This document shows, one piece after another, positions 1-9,022 of a stretch of 25,109 nt of DNA. Each line of letters begins with the position of its first letter. The first letter of the stretch is position 1. The notes below the pieces were generated by a model. The model was given only the letters and a program-made list of their open reading frames with translations, searched no databases and had not been told where the DNA came from. Both the position numbers and the translations under genes were made by a program. Source of the DNA: Coleofasciculus sp. B1-GNL1-01 (GTDB taxonomy: Bacteria; Cyanobacteriota; Cyanobacteriia; Cyanobacteriales; Coleofasciculaceae); NCBI GenBank assembly GCA_040220235.1, contig JAVJTO010000137.1. One strand, written 5' to 3'.

Positions 1-1
1 T

Positions 2-209
2 TAGGGCTTGCTGCACAAGACCGAAACCCTTGGCTACCAAAGCTTTGAGTAGCATGAACATTGGCTCATCTTCAAAGAAAAAGGATAAAACCCTTTCATA
101 CCTTTGCACCATTATCAGGGAAAATGTATCATTGCTTCCCCCGCTCCCTCTGCTTCCCCTGCTTCCCCTGCTCCCTACCCCCACCACAATACTTATTCAG
201 CAGCTCCTA
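2..209. repeat. MITE-like intergenic element with imperfect terminal inverted repeats and an internal TGCTTCCCC-type tandem tract
   Basis: Left end TAGGGCTTGCTGCACAAG (2-19) matches the reverse complement of the right end TAGGAGCTGCTGAATAAG (192-209) at 13/18. 9-mer tandem repeats lie at about 133-176. The right end (CACCACAA..CTTATTCAGCA.C.CCTA) recurs at 21480-21507. Confidence 0.55.
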
Positions 210-321
210 ATTATGTCCACCTACTTATAACCCAGCACTCTAATCTGCGATTAGAGTGCTGGAGGATGTCACGCGAAGGGAAACAACCAAACCCACCCCT
301 ATCAATCAACACTTAGAAAAA

Positions 322-1689
322 TTAACGCCCAACTCCGACATAGCGGAACCCCGCACCTTCTAGCACTTTAGGATCAAGGAAATTACGACCATCAATTAAG
401 ACGGGATTATGCATCAGCTTCGCCATCTTGCCATAATCCAGACTCTGGAATTGTTCCCAGTCGGTGACTAATACTAAGGCGTCACAGCCATCTGCCAAGC
501 GATCCGGATCACCTTCTACCTGCACACCAGATATACCGTGACTCATCCCACTAGATGAAATAATCGGATCATAAGCTTTAACTTTTGCACCCAATCGGTT
601 GAGATTTTCAATCAGAATCAATGCGGGAGCATCGCGCATATCATCCGTATCCGGCTTAAAGGTTAATCCCAGAAGTCCCACCGTTTTACCTTTAAGGATT
701 TTAAGTTCTTGCTGGAGTTTTTCCACCGCAATTAAGCGCTGACGTTGATTGACACTCACCGCCGCTTTCAACAGTTGAGCATCGAACCCATAATCATCCG
801 CCGTATGAATCAAGGCGGAGACATCCTTAGGAAAGCAGGAACCGCCCCAACCAATCCCGGCTTGCAGAAATTTACCACCAATGCGAGTATCTAAACCAAT
901 CCCTTGGGCGACTTGAGTCACATCCGCGCCCACGCGATCGCAGATATTGGCGATTTCGTTAATGAAGCTAATTTTGGTGGCTAAAAAGGAATTGGAGGCA
1001 TATTTGACCATCTCGGCTGAACTCAAATCCGTCACCACCACCGGAACCGGGGGTAGGGATTTATCTTCAGCGGGTTCACGCTTGACAATCGGCGCATAGA
1101 GTTCCTGCATCATAGAAATAGCGCGATCGCTATTACTCCCCAACACGATGCGATCGGGGTTAAAGGTATCATAAATCGCTGATCCTTCCCGCAAAAACTC
1201 TGGATTACTCACCACATCAAACTCAACGCTTGTGTCTGTCGTCGTACCTCCAGAGGACTTCTGGTGATCAGCCACACCATCCATGACAATCATGCGTACC
1301 CAATCCCCAGAACCAATTGGCACCGTTGACTTATTCACAATCACCTTATAGCCGCCATTCAGGTGATTGCCAATCCCACGGGCGACGGCTTCCACATAGC
1401 GAGTATCACTTTCACCATTGGGTAATGCTGGCGTTCCCACTGCAATAAACAAAATCTCGCCATGAGCGACACCCTTCGCCAAATCTGAGGTAAACTCCAA
1501 ACTGCCCGCTTTACTGCAAGCCTGCATCAGTTCAGATAATCCCGGTTCATAGATGGGCGACTGTCCAGATTTCATTAACTTGACTTTTTCCTCATTGTTA
1601 TCCACACAGATAACATGGTGTCCGATATGGGCTAAGCACACCCCGGTTACTAAGCCAACATATCCAGTACCAATAACACAAACGCGCAT
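322..1689 (-). CDS. ugd: UDP-glucose 6-dehydrogenase (UDP-glucose/GDP-mannose dehydrogenase family)
   Basis: Rossmann motif VIGTGYVG, NKSTVP, SNPEFLREG, catalytic GGSCFPKD and FKPDTDDMRDAP; 455 aa. Confidence 0.93.
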   Translation of the reverse strand: MRVCVIGTGYVGLVTGVCLAHIGHHVICVDNNEEKVKLMKSGQSPIYEPGLSELMQACSKAGSLEFTSDLAKGVAHGEILFIAVGTPALPNGESDTRYVEAVARGIGNHLNGGYKVIVNKSTVPIGSGDWVRMIVMDGVADHQKSSGGTTTDTSVEFDVVSNPEFLREGSAIYDTFNPDRIVLGSNSDRAISMMQELYAPIVKREPAEDKSLPPVPVVVTDLSSAEMVKYASNSFLATKISFINEIANICDRVGADVTQVAQGIGLDTRIGGKFLQAGIGWGGSCFPKDVSALIHTADDYGFDAQLLKAAVSVNQRQRLIAVEKLQQELKILKGKTVGLLGLTFKPDTDDMRDAPALILIENLNRLGAKVKAYDPIISSSGMSHGISGVQVEGDPDRLADGCDALVLVTDWEQFQSLDYGKMAKLMHNPVLIDGRNFLDPKVLEGAGFRYVGVGR

Positions 1690-1783
1690 GAGCTGATCCT
1701 CTCTGGTAGATGGTAGGACTCAGGGCTATCTAGCGGATTGATTCGTGTGCTAGTAAGTCCCCTTGAGTTAATACTGTAGTCGC

Positions 1784-3733
1784 TTAACGGGAAACCAGGG
1801 AATACCCTTCTTCGGTTAAGCGATCGCGGAAATCTGCTATTGTCGTTTTTAACCCCTCCTGTAAAGGGATCGTCGGTTGCCAACCCAGTAACGTCTTCGC
1901 TTTCGTAATATCTGGGCGGCGACGTTGCGGGTCATCTTTCGGTAAGTCCTTAAAGATAATTTCTGCATCCGGATTCACCATATTTTGCACCGCTTGCGCC
2001 AGTTGTAAAATCGTATACTCATCCGGATTCCCCAGATTAATCGGTCCGGTATGCTCATTATTCATCAACCGAATTAATCCTTCAACTAAATCCGACACAT
2101 AACAGAAACTGCGAGTTTGTGAACCCTTGCCATACACCGTTAGGGGTTCACCCTTGAGCGCTTGCACCACAAAATTACTCACCACACGCCCATCATTTTC
2201 CAGCATTCGAGATCCGTAGGTATTAAAAATGCGAGCTACCCGAATTTCTACACCATTTTGCAGATGGTAATCAAACGCCAGTGTTTCCGCTACTCGCTTC
2301 CCTTCGTCGTAACAGTTGCCGCAAAACGCAACTCGTCCATGGCGACGCACACACACCACATGATTCTGCACATTAACGCAGTAAACATTGCCAGCATATC
2401 GAAATGGTTCTGGGGTGACTAAATGAGCGTCTTTCGCTGGTCGAATATTCACCCGATATAAATCACGACCCACCGCATGAGACACAACAGACGCCGCATA
2501 GCCGCAACGCATGGCTAATTCTTGGACATCATCAGCCAGTTGTTTGGATTTGGTGTAATAAACATAGCCATCTCCGCGCTGGGAACCATCTCCCATCATT
2601 AGCGCCTTAAACAAAATCAGCGACTGACGCTTGGATAACGATAAAAACTGGCGCGGAATATATTTCTCACCCGATTTACCCAGAGGGAGTAAAATTTCTG
2701 CCAGTTGTTTACTACAAATCCGAAATTGGTGGTCATCCGATGAGAAAAATTTAAACCCAAGGTTGGTTAAACAGTGGGTGATTTTAGCTCGACCCTCTGG
2801 ATTTTCTTGGGCAATCAGGATGTTATAGTCAGCCACATCATAGTCACGTCCACCGACAACCCGCCCTCGTCGTCGGACATGAACGCAGCCTTCAGAAATG
2901 TAGTAACCGAGGAATTCTAACCAATCATCCATCCGAATTCGCTCAACGCTCACCTTAGCATTTTTCGGTGCAGTTCCCAGTTCAAACCATTCGGGTTCTT
3001 CTCCCTGAAATTCACCCCCGGTAGGGACACGCCAAGAATGCCAATGTCGGTCTTCATCTGCACGCAAAAATTGCAATTTTCCGGTTTTACTGCGTACATA
3101 CATCCAATGATTGGGTGTTACACACAGATCGAATTTAGCATTGGCAAACCGGAGCAAATTGCCCACGTAAGGCTGCACAATATACTCATCTGGGACGTGA
3201 TACTCGACTTGATTATCGGGATTAAGAGTCGCCACTCGCACCCCTGGCTGTAATTGGGGAAAAGGAACCCAGCCATGTTCCGTTAAAATTTCAGTTTCAG
3301 CGTCATAACAACTGCGCGGTCCAATTGGATTAACATTTCCTCGATATTCTTCGGGTTGAGGATGGACTTCCGGATCACCATACACTTCTGAAGTTGAAGC
3401 TAATAAAAATCTTGCCCCTATCCGCTTGGCTAACCCCAACATATAGAGGGTACCAATGACATTTGTTTTAATCGTCTTGACAGGATTGTATTGATAGTGT
3501 ACTGGCGAAGCCGGACAAGCCAGATGGTAAATTTGGTCAACCTCTAACCGAATCGGTTCCGTAATATCGTGACGGATCAGTTCAAAGTAAGGATGATTCA
3601 GCCATTTAACGATATTTCGCTTCGTGCCAGTATAGAAGTTATCCAGACAGAGAACTTCATGACCTGCTTCCATTAACCGATCAACAAGATGGGAACCAAT
3701 AAAACCAGCACCACCTGTAACTAGAATTCTCAT
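1784..3733 (-). CDS. uxs: UDP-glucuronate decarboxylase (UDP-xylose synthase, extended SDR), intein-containing
   Basis: Start moved to the ATG at 3733 (MRILVTGGAGFIGSHL). Motifs YHLACPASPVHY, LASTSEVYGDP, (S)CYDEGKRVAE, RIFNTYG and TRSFCYVSD. Removing 2315-3310 leaves a normal extein of about 317 aa. Confidence 0.9.
   Translation of the reverse strand: MRILVTGGAGFIGSHLVDRLMEAGHEVLCLDNFYTGTKRNIVKWLNHPYFELIRHDITEPIRLEVDQIYHLACPASPVHYQYNPVKTIKTNVIGTLYMLGLAKRIGARFLLASTSEVYGDPEVHPQPEEYRGNVNPIGPRSCYDAETEILTEHGWVPFPQLQPGVRVATLNPDNQVEYHVPDEYIVQPYVGNLLRFANAKFDLCVTPNHWMYVRSKTGKLQFLRADEDRHWHSWRVPTGGEFQGEEPEWFELGTAPKNAKVSVERIRMDDWLEFLGYYISEGCVHVRRRGRVVGGRDYDVADYNILIAQENPEGRAKITHCLTNLGFKFFSSDDHQFRICSKQLAEILLPLGKSGEKYIPRQFLSLSKRQSLILFKALMMGDGSQRGDGYVYYTKSKQLADDVQELAMRCGYAASVVSHAVGRDLYRVNIRPAKDAHLVTPEPFRYAGNVYCVNVQNHVVCVRRHGRVAFCGNCYDEGKRVAETLAFDYHLQNGVEIRVARIFNTYGSRMLENDGRVVSNFVVQALKGEPLTVYGKGSQTRSFCYVSDLVEGLIRLMNNEHTGPINLGNPDEYTILQLAQAVQNMVNPDAEIIFKDLPKDDPQRRRPDITKAKTLLGWQPTIPLQEGLKTTIADFRDRLTEEGYSLVSR
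2315..3310 (-). mobile_element. Intein (332 aa) with LAGLIDADG homing endonuclease, inserted in uxs
   Basis: In-frame insertion GPRS|CYDAETEILTEHGW...VAFCGN|CYDEGK. It has Cys1, block B TPNH, LAGLIDADG-type motifs FLGYYISEG and LFKALMMGDG, block F VYCVNVQNH, terminal Asn and a +1 Cys. Confidence 0.93.
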
Positions 3734-4208
3734 AGGTTTTTCCGAATAGAGCGATCGCGTAAGCTTAGTGCGGTAAAGTCTCAAGCTCTACCATGTTACA
3801 TTGAAACCCAGACTGGCAAGTCTTCGCCATGGTTAAAATCGCTTAATTCCTTTCAGGACGTGAAATTGAGACAAATTCAACGCCCAACCCCTGACAATCG
3901 CTCTTGCCTGTGGTTATGATATTGGTTGAACTTTCTTAACACAACTAGATCTTGGGCAAACGAACGCGGTTTAGGGTGCATGATTTGAGCGTTGACGTGC
4001 CATACCTCAAGAGTTTTACCTGATTCACAGACAAAACTGCCCAATTTATTTTGGCTCAAAGGTTGTCGCTCGATCCTCACGGATCGAAGTGAGGCTATAA
4101 CCTGGCACAACGTTGCTGGGAGGTTCCCCTGAGCAATCCTCTGGCAATTTTTCCGCCAGAGATATTAATTCGGTGCTTGATTTGTATCTACCTGCTTGAA
4201 CTTAATTT

Positions 4209-6347
4209 ATGCTGCTAGAGACCTTACACTCGCCAGAGTCTGTCCTCGCTCAAATGGATACGTTCAGTACCGGGAAATTAGAACTGTGGTTTCAGCCCGT
4301 TTATCAAACAGCGACGGGTGCTGTATTACACAATGAAATACTTCTGCGTTGGCGAGACGAAGCCGGAAATCTGCACTTACCCCAGGAATTCTTACCCACG
4401 TTGTCGGATAAAGGACAACTGCAAAAGGCTGATCGCGCCGTCATTCGCAAGGCAATAGAACTCTTAGCCGAACAGCCGGATCGATGCCTGTCGATTAATC
4501 TTTCGGGAGAGGGATTAAATAACTTTGAACTAATCGAATATATCGAAACCCTCCTGGATCAGTCAGGGGTTGACCCGAAGCAACTGAGTTTTGAGCTAAC
4601 CGAATCAACCATCGCCAAAGATTTTCCCACAATTCGGGCATTTGTCCGCGAACTCAAAAGTCTCGGTTGTGCAATCATTCTGGATAACTTTGCCAGTCGC
4701 GAATTAACGCTGTTCCAATGCCAACAACTGGCGGTTGATTTGGTTAAAGTGGATGGTCAACTGATCCAACGCCTAAAAACGGAACCGAGTAGTCGCGTCT
4801 TAACCAAAGCCATTCTCGAAGGCATTCAGGCGCTGAGTCAGGTAGCGGCTAAATTTGTCAGCGATGCGGTTACCCTATCCCTGGTGGAAGAGGTTGGGAT
4901 TAACTTAGTCCAAGGACACCATCTTAAAACCCCTAGTCCAGCACCCGATTGGACGGAACTGGTTCGCCCAGAGGAGGAACAGGATTCACCCACGGCTGAA
5001 GTCCAAAAACCTACTCAATCTTGGCGCTTCCTGGTGGGAACGGGGTTTGTTCTGCTGGGATTAGGTGCAGTCGGTGTGGGGATTGCCTCCATTGGTTATC
5101 GCCTCAGCCACTTAGTTGTAGACGGTAGCACGATTAACGGGCGAATTGTGCGGCTACAAGCGCCAACCACGGGTAATATTCAAGCATTTTACGCCCAGCC
5201 AGGAGTGGTTGTTAAATCAGGACAACTTCTCGCCCGGATTAGCAAAGAACCCAGTCCCCAAGAACAAGAAGCCCTACTCCGCCTAGAACGCGCCCAAGAA
5301 CAAGAACAAATCCGCAATCAGCTTGAAAGTCTCGAATTACAAGGACAGATTCAGGTTAATGCAACTCAGCTAGCATCGGCGAAACAGTCCCTAGCATTGC
5401 TGAAAACGCAGTTACAGCAGCTTGAACGTCGAGACCAAGCCGTGCGACAAGTGGATGTAGAATTGGGGTTAGATTCGATTAAGGAACAGCAAGCTGTGGT
5501 TCAAGCGGCACAGGCAAAAGCCGAAGCTGCCCGATTAGATTATCAACGGTATCAAACTCTATTAGAAGCAGGGGGTGTATCCGCACAGGAAACGGATCAG
5601 TTGCGCTTAGTCTGGCAATCGGCACAAGCCGAAGTCAAGCAAGCCCAATCTGTCCTGGATGCGACGCAAAAGGCGGTCAATGCTGCCCAAACAGGTATTG
5701 CTCGCAGTAATCGCAATAATATTATGGGCGGGGTTCTGTCCGATCAACGGATTAGTTTGCAGCAGACGATTCAACAGCAATCTGTTGTGGTGAATACGAT
5801 GGAAGCGCAATTGGCTAAACTCAAGCAGCAGCTAAATAACAGCCAGTCTCTACAAAAAAACGCCCCTTCTCTGGTTAATGATCTCAAACAACTGCAAAGC
5901 GAACGGAAAGTACAAAATGTGTCAGCCCCCTTTGCGGGTGTTGTCTACACAGCGGAACGAGAACAAGGCGAACAGGTTAATCAGTTAGAACCAATTGTTA
6001 CGTTGCTTGATTGCAATAATCTGTGGGTAGAAACCGTGGTTAGTGCTGAACAAGCCAGTTCAATTAATACCGATAAACCTGTGACTGTCGGATTAGCAGG
6101 TTATGCCCAAACCGTCAAGGGTGAAATTGACCTGATTCAGCCAATTAGTAATATGCAACAGCTTAATAAGTTGACCCAGGTTCAAGCCCTACAGCCTGCG
6201 ATTCCACCTAAATTAGTGGGACAACCGTTGACGCGGATTACAGTACGGATTCCACCGCCGCCGCAACATGAGAATTCCCAACAGTTTTGCGGATTGGGAC
6301 AAGCGGCGAGGCTGACGTTTCCTAAGAAACTTTTTGGTAATCGTTGA
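4209..6347 (+). CDS. Degenerate EAL domain + single TM + HlyD/membrane-fusion domain (Alg44-like co-polymerase)
   Basis: The N-terminal ~245 aa has EAL-fold motifs FQPVY, NEILLRW, SINLS, FELTES, LDNFASRE, KVDG and QG. TM FLVGTGFVLLGLGAVGVGIASIGY. Lipoyl-like halves RLQAPTTGNI..VKSGQLLARI and VSAPFAGVV..GEQV flank a Q-rich coiled coil. C-terminal LLDC..CGLGQAARLTF. Confidence 0.8.
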   Translation: MLLETLHSPESVLAQMDTFSTGKLELWFQPVYQTATGAVLHNEILLRWRDEAGNLHLPQEFLPTLSDKGQLQKADRAVIRKAIELLAEQPDRCLSINLSGEGLNNFELIEYIETLLDQSGVDPKQLSFELTESTIAKDFPTIRAFVRELKSLGCAIILDNFASRELTLFQCQQLAVDLVKVDGQLIQRLKTEPSSRVLTKAILEGIQALSQVAAKFVSDAVTLSLVEEVGINLVQGHHLKTPSPAPDWTELVRPEEEQDSPTAEVQKPTQSWRFLVGTGFVLLGLGAVGVGIASIGYRLSHLVVDGSTINGRIVRLQAPTTGNIQAFYAQPGVVVKSGQLLARISKEPSPQEQEALLRLERAQEQEQIRNQLESLELQGQIQVNATQLASAKQSLALLKTQLQQLERRDQAVRQVDVELGLDSIKEQQAVVQAAQAKAEAARLDYQRYQTLLEAGGVSAQETDQLRLVWQSAQAEVKQAQSVLDATQKAVNAAQTGIARSNRNNIMGGVLSDQRISLQQTIQQQSVVVNTMEAQLAKLKQQLNNSQSLQKNAPSLVNDLKQLQSERKVQNVSAPFAGVVYTAEREQGEQVNQLEPIVTLLDCNNLWVETVVSAEQASSINTDKPVTVGLAGYAQTVKGEIDLIQPISNMQQLNKLTQVQALQPAIPPKLVGQPLTRITVRIPPPPQHENSQQFCGLGQAARLTFPKKLFGNR

Positions 6348-6400
6348 ATTGGGATTTATATCTCAATTTTTTTTGTCTGGATTCCCTTGATTGTTTACAT

Positions 6401-6571
6401 CTAGTCAAGAAACCGGGTTTCTTTGGGTAAAAGCTTGATATTTCATTGTCATCCTCACGAGAAACCCGGTTTCTAGGAATACTTGACCGACGCTCTAGGT
6501 GAGGTGACAAATGATAGTAGTGAAACCCGCCCCTACACATAATTAAAGACGCGCAATGGCACGTCTCTACA
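6401..6571. repeat. Cluster of small intergenic repeats: CTAG-bounded MITE-like element and REP-like (GTAG-type) half-palindromes
   Basis: 6401-6498 reads CTAG TCAAG...CTTGACCGACGCT CTAG and contains an AGAAACCGGGTTTCT / AGAAACCCGGTTTCT inverted pair. AAACCCGCCCCTAC lies at about 6523-6536. AGACGCGCAATGGCACGTCTCTAC at about 6547-6570 has a related copy at about 16705-16728. Confidence 0.6.
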
Positions 6572-6583
6572 TCCAAAAACTCT

Positions 6584-8689
6584 ATGACTCGACTATTTCG
6601 TTGGCAAAACATCTCGTCCTATCTCAATTGGTTAGCCCTGCTGTGTCTTTCCGCCTTCGGTTTTATTGGTTTCTACCTGCTGCGTAATCCGGAACAATTA
6701 AACCTATTAGGCATATCCGGTTTAATTAGTATGGGACTGATCGGTATTTGGCGATGGTCATGGTGGGCGCTGCAAGTGATTCGTTCCCGGATTTACCTAC
6801 ACTGGGTTTTTCCCCGATGGCGCAAACAAGCCGATCGCATCCCCTTGGATAAGTTACCGCCTGTTTGCTTATTAGTCCCAACCTATAAGGAAAAACCCTG
6901 GATCACGGAACGAGTTTTCCGGGTAATCGCCCAAGAAGCCCAAAGCCTTTCTCACCCCCTGACACTGCTAGTTACCAGTAGCAGTGATGAGGAAAATGCT
7001 GCCATCTTAAAAGTACTGAAATCTGTTGACCCGGAACTCAGTTGTATTCGCCTGATCCAAATGGTGCAGACAGGGGAAGGGAAGCGCAAAGCCATGGCGG
7101 ATGGATTACGAGAATTAGCGCGTTTAAATCTACCCCAAAATGCCGTTGTTGGTTTAATGGATGGCGATTCTGAACTAACACCTGGAACCTTACGTCGCTG
7201 CTTGTCATTTTTCCGCCTATTTCCCAAAATGGGGGCGCTGACAACGGATGAATTACCAATTGTTGAGGGCTCGTATCTGTTTTCTGAATGGTTCCATTTA
7301 CGCCTATCCCAGCGTCATTATCAAATGTGTTCGGTGTCCCTGTCGCAAAAAGTCATGTGTTTGACGGGACGCTTTTCCCTCTTTCGGGCGGAGGCGGCGC
7401 TGCATCCCACATTTGCGGATCAGTTAGAAGTAGATACGTTGGATGATTGGCTGTGGGGACGGTTTAAATTCCTCTCTGGCGACGATAAAACGACGTGGTA
7501 TTGGCTACTACGCCGGGGTTACGATATGTTGTATATCCCCGATGTGATTGTCTATTCCATTGAGACGATTTCTGGGTCATTAATGGATCGCGCTTACCAG
7601 AATATGCGCCGTTGGTATGGGAATATGCTGCGGAACAGCGATCGCGCGATCGGATTGGGTCCAGGTAAGGCGGGATGGTTTATGTGGTACTGTCTGTTGG
7701 ATCAACGGATTAGTTACTGGACGACTCTGATCACACCGGGTTCATTATCAATTTGTTTAGTTCAAGGGTATTGGTTAGTCGCCGGAGTCATTCTTTGTTG
7801 GATTCTTTGTACTCGACCAATCATTTTAACCATCATTTTCTGGGGACGACAATCTCGGCTTAAACCGATTCATTTACCTGTATTTTTAATCGCCCAGTGG
7901 AGTTCTTGTATTATCAAAATCTGGACTCAGATGAACCTTGCCCAACAAAAGTGGTCGAACCGAGGTAATCAAAGTATCTCCGCCGCCGGATCGGGTTGGG
8001 AACGGTTAGTGAAAGTGAGTGTGTCTCGTTTTCTTTATGTCTCCCAGTTATTTGGTTTTGTGATTATTTTATGTTGGTTTGCTAGCCTTCTCAGTCCCTT
8101 ACAAGATATGGCAGGTTTATGGTCAAATAGTAGCTGGGCAATGAGTCAATCGGTTCCACCGCAAATTGTTGAGGCGATTGACCATGGAATTATTCCCAAT
8201 GATGGTCAAGATGATGCCAAATCCCTCCAGGCGTTAATTAATCGATTGTCTGGTGAAGACCCGGTTCAGATTAATTTACCCATTGGTGAAATTGACTTGT
8301 TTTATCCCGTTGAAATTAATCGCAGTCACACGATTATTAAAGGGCAAGGGATGCGGCGAACGATTTTACAAGCGCATATTAGTAAACTAGAGACAGAAGC
8401 CGTTCTGGTCATTCGCCCCCGTGAATATCCTTTGACCGAAAAAGCGGAGTCTGATCAGAATCGCATTCAAGATATACATTTGAGCGGGTTTACACTTCGG
8501 AAAAAATCACCCAACTCAACTGAAAATATATCTGATGTTGGCAGTATACTTTTGGAAAATGCAGTAAAATCATCGCTGAGAAACCTTGATTTAGCAAACA
8601 GTAGCAATCGTGCTTTAATTATGCGTCACACTGAGGATGTAACTGTCGAGTATGTGTTGCCAGATACAGCAATAAAGAAAAAGGAATAA
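6584..8689 (+). CDS. Alg8-like processive GT2 polysaccharide synthase with C-terminal beta-helix (pectate lyase 3-like) domain
   Basis: Motifs GKRKAMA, MDGDS, CLTGRFSLFRA, GRFKFLSGDDKTTW, QNMRRWYGNMLR and LLDQRISYWT closely recall Pseudomonas Alg8 (from memory). TM segments flank the catalytic core. The tail after about 8160 has DHGIIPNDGQDDAKSLQALIN, LPIGEI and IKGQG, typical of a Pectate_lyase_3-type N-terminus. Confidence 0.82.
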   Translation: MTRLFRWQNISSYLNWLALLCLSAFGFIGFYLLRNPEQLNLLGISGLISMGLIGIWRWSWWALQVIRSRIYLHWVFPRWRKQADRIPLDKLPPVCLLVPTYKEKPWITERVFRVIAQEAQSLSHPLTLLVTSSSDEENAAILKVLKSVDPELSCIRLIQMVQTGEGKRKAMADGLRELARLNLPQNAVVGLMDGDSELTPGTLRRCLSFFRLFPKMGALTTDELPIVEGSYLFSEWFHLRLSQRHYQMCSVSLSQKVMCLTGRFSLFRAEAALHPTFADQLEVDTLDDWLWGRFKFLSGDDKTTWYWLLRRGYDMLYIPDVIVYSIETISGSLMDRAYQNMRRWYGNMLRNSDRAIGLGPGKAGWFMWYCLLDQRISYWTTLITPGSLSICLVQGYWLVAGVILCWILCTRPIILTIIFWGRQSRLKPIHLPVFLIAQWSSCIIKIWTQMNLAQQKWSNRGNQSISAAGSGWERLVKVSVSRFLYVSQLFGFVIILCWFASLLSPLQDMAGLWSNSSWAMSQSVPPQIVEAIDHGIIPNDGQDDAKSLQALINRLSGEDPVQINLPIGEIDLFYPVEINRSHTIIKGQGMRRTILQAHISKLETEAVLVIRPREYPLTEKAESDQNRIQDIHLSGFTLRKKSPNSTENISDVGSILLENAVKSSLRNLDLANSSNRALIMRHTEDVTVEYVLPDTAIKKKE

Positions 8690-8890
8690 AAAGAATATTA
8701 CTTTCGTATTATTCGAGGTAACTACACAGAATGAATAGTTCTTCAGAAAAGGCACTTGATATTAACTCACTAGGTATTGATGGCGAGTAAAAAGACGTTG
8801 CTTGAGATTAACAAAGTTATAGTTTTGAGCCAGTTCCTATCTGTGCTGTTGATCTTTTTGGCGATTAACATGATTTTTGGGGATTTTGAC

Positions 8891-8918
8891 TTGACAAAGT
8901 AGCTCAAAACGGTAAGCT
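8891..8918 (+). promoter_or_regulatory. Candidate sigma70-type promoter for the kinase/peptide cluster
   Basis: Perfect TTGACA (8891-8896), a 16-nt spacer and TAAGCT (8913-8918), in AT-rich intergenic DNA about 105 nt upstream of the ATG at 9023. Confidence 0.35.
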
Positions 8919-9022
8919 AATTAGCAATTGTATATTTTGAATCCTTTCGGTCATCGTTGCTTTTGATTGCATCCATTTGATTGATCGCATCCAATGGACT
9001 TCTATCCGATGAAAACCTTGCA

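Noticed and set aside
30..316. Short ORFs with LP/PASP repeats
   Set aside because: They are translations of the 9-mer tandem repeat inside a MITE-like element.
2315..3310. Absence of HIP1 in the intein as evidence of recent foreign origin
   Set aside because: At about 0.8 sites per kb, zero sites in 1 kb is unremarkable.
3734..3784. 17-aa N-terminal extension of the uxs ORF in the track
   Set aside because: It starts at a non-ATG codon, and family homology begins at MRILVTGG (ATG 3733).
3790..4208. c-di-GMP riboswitch or ncRNA upstream of the EAL-MFP gene; 77-aa ORF at 3877-4110
   Set aside because: Only short hairpins are present (e.g. TCGATCC-TCAC-GGATCGA), with no recognisable riboswitch consensus, and the ORF has no motifs. 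An Rfam/Infernal scan would settle it.
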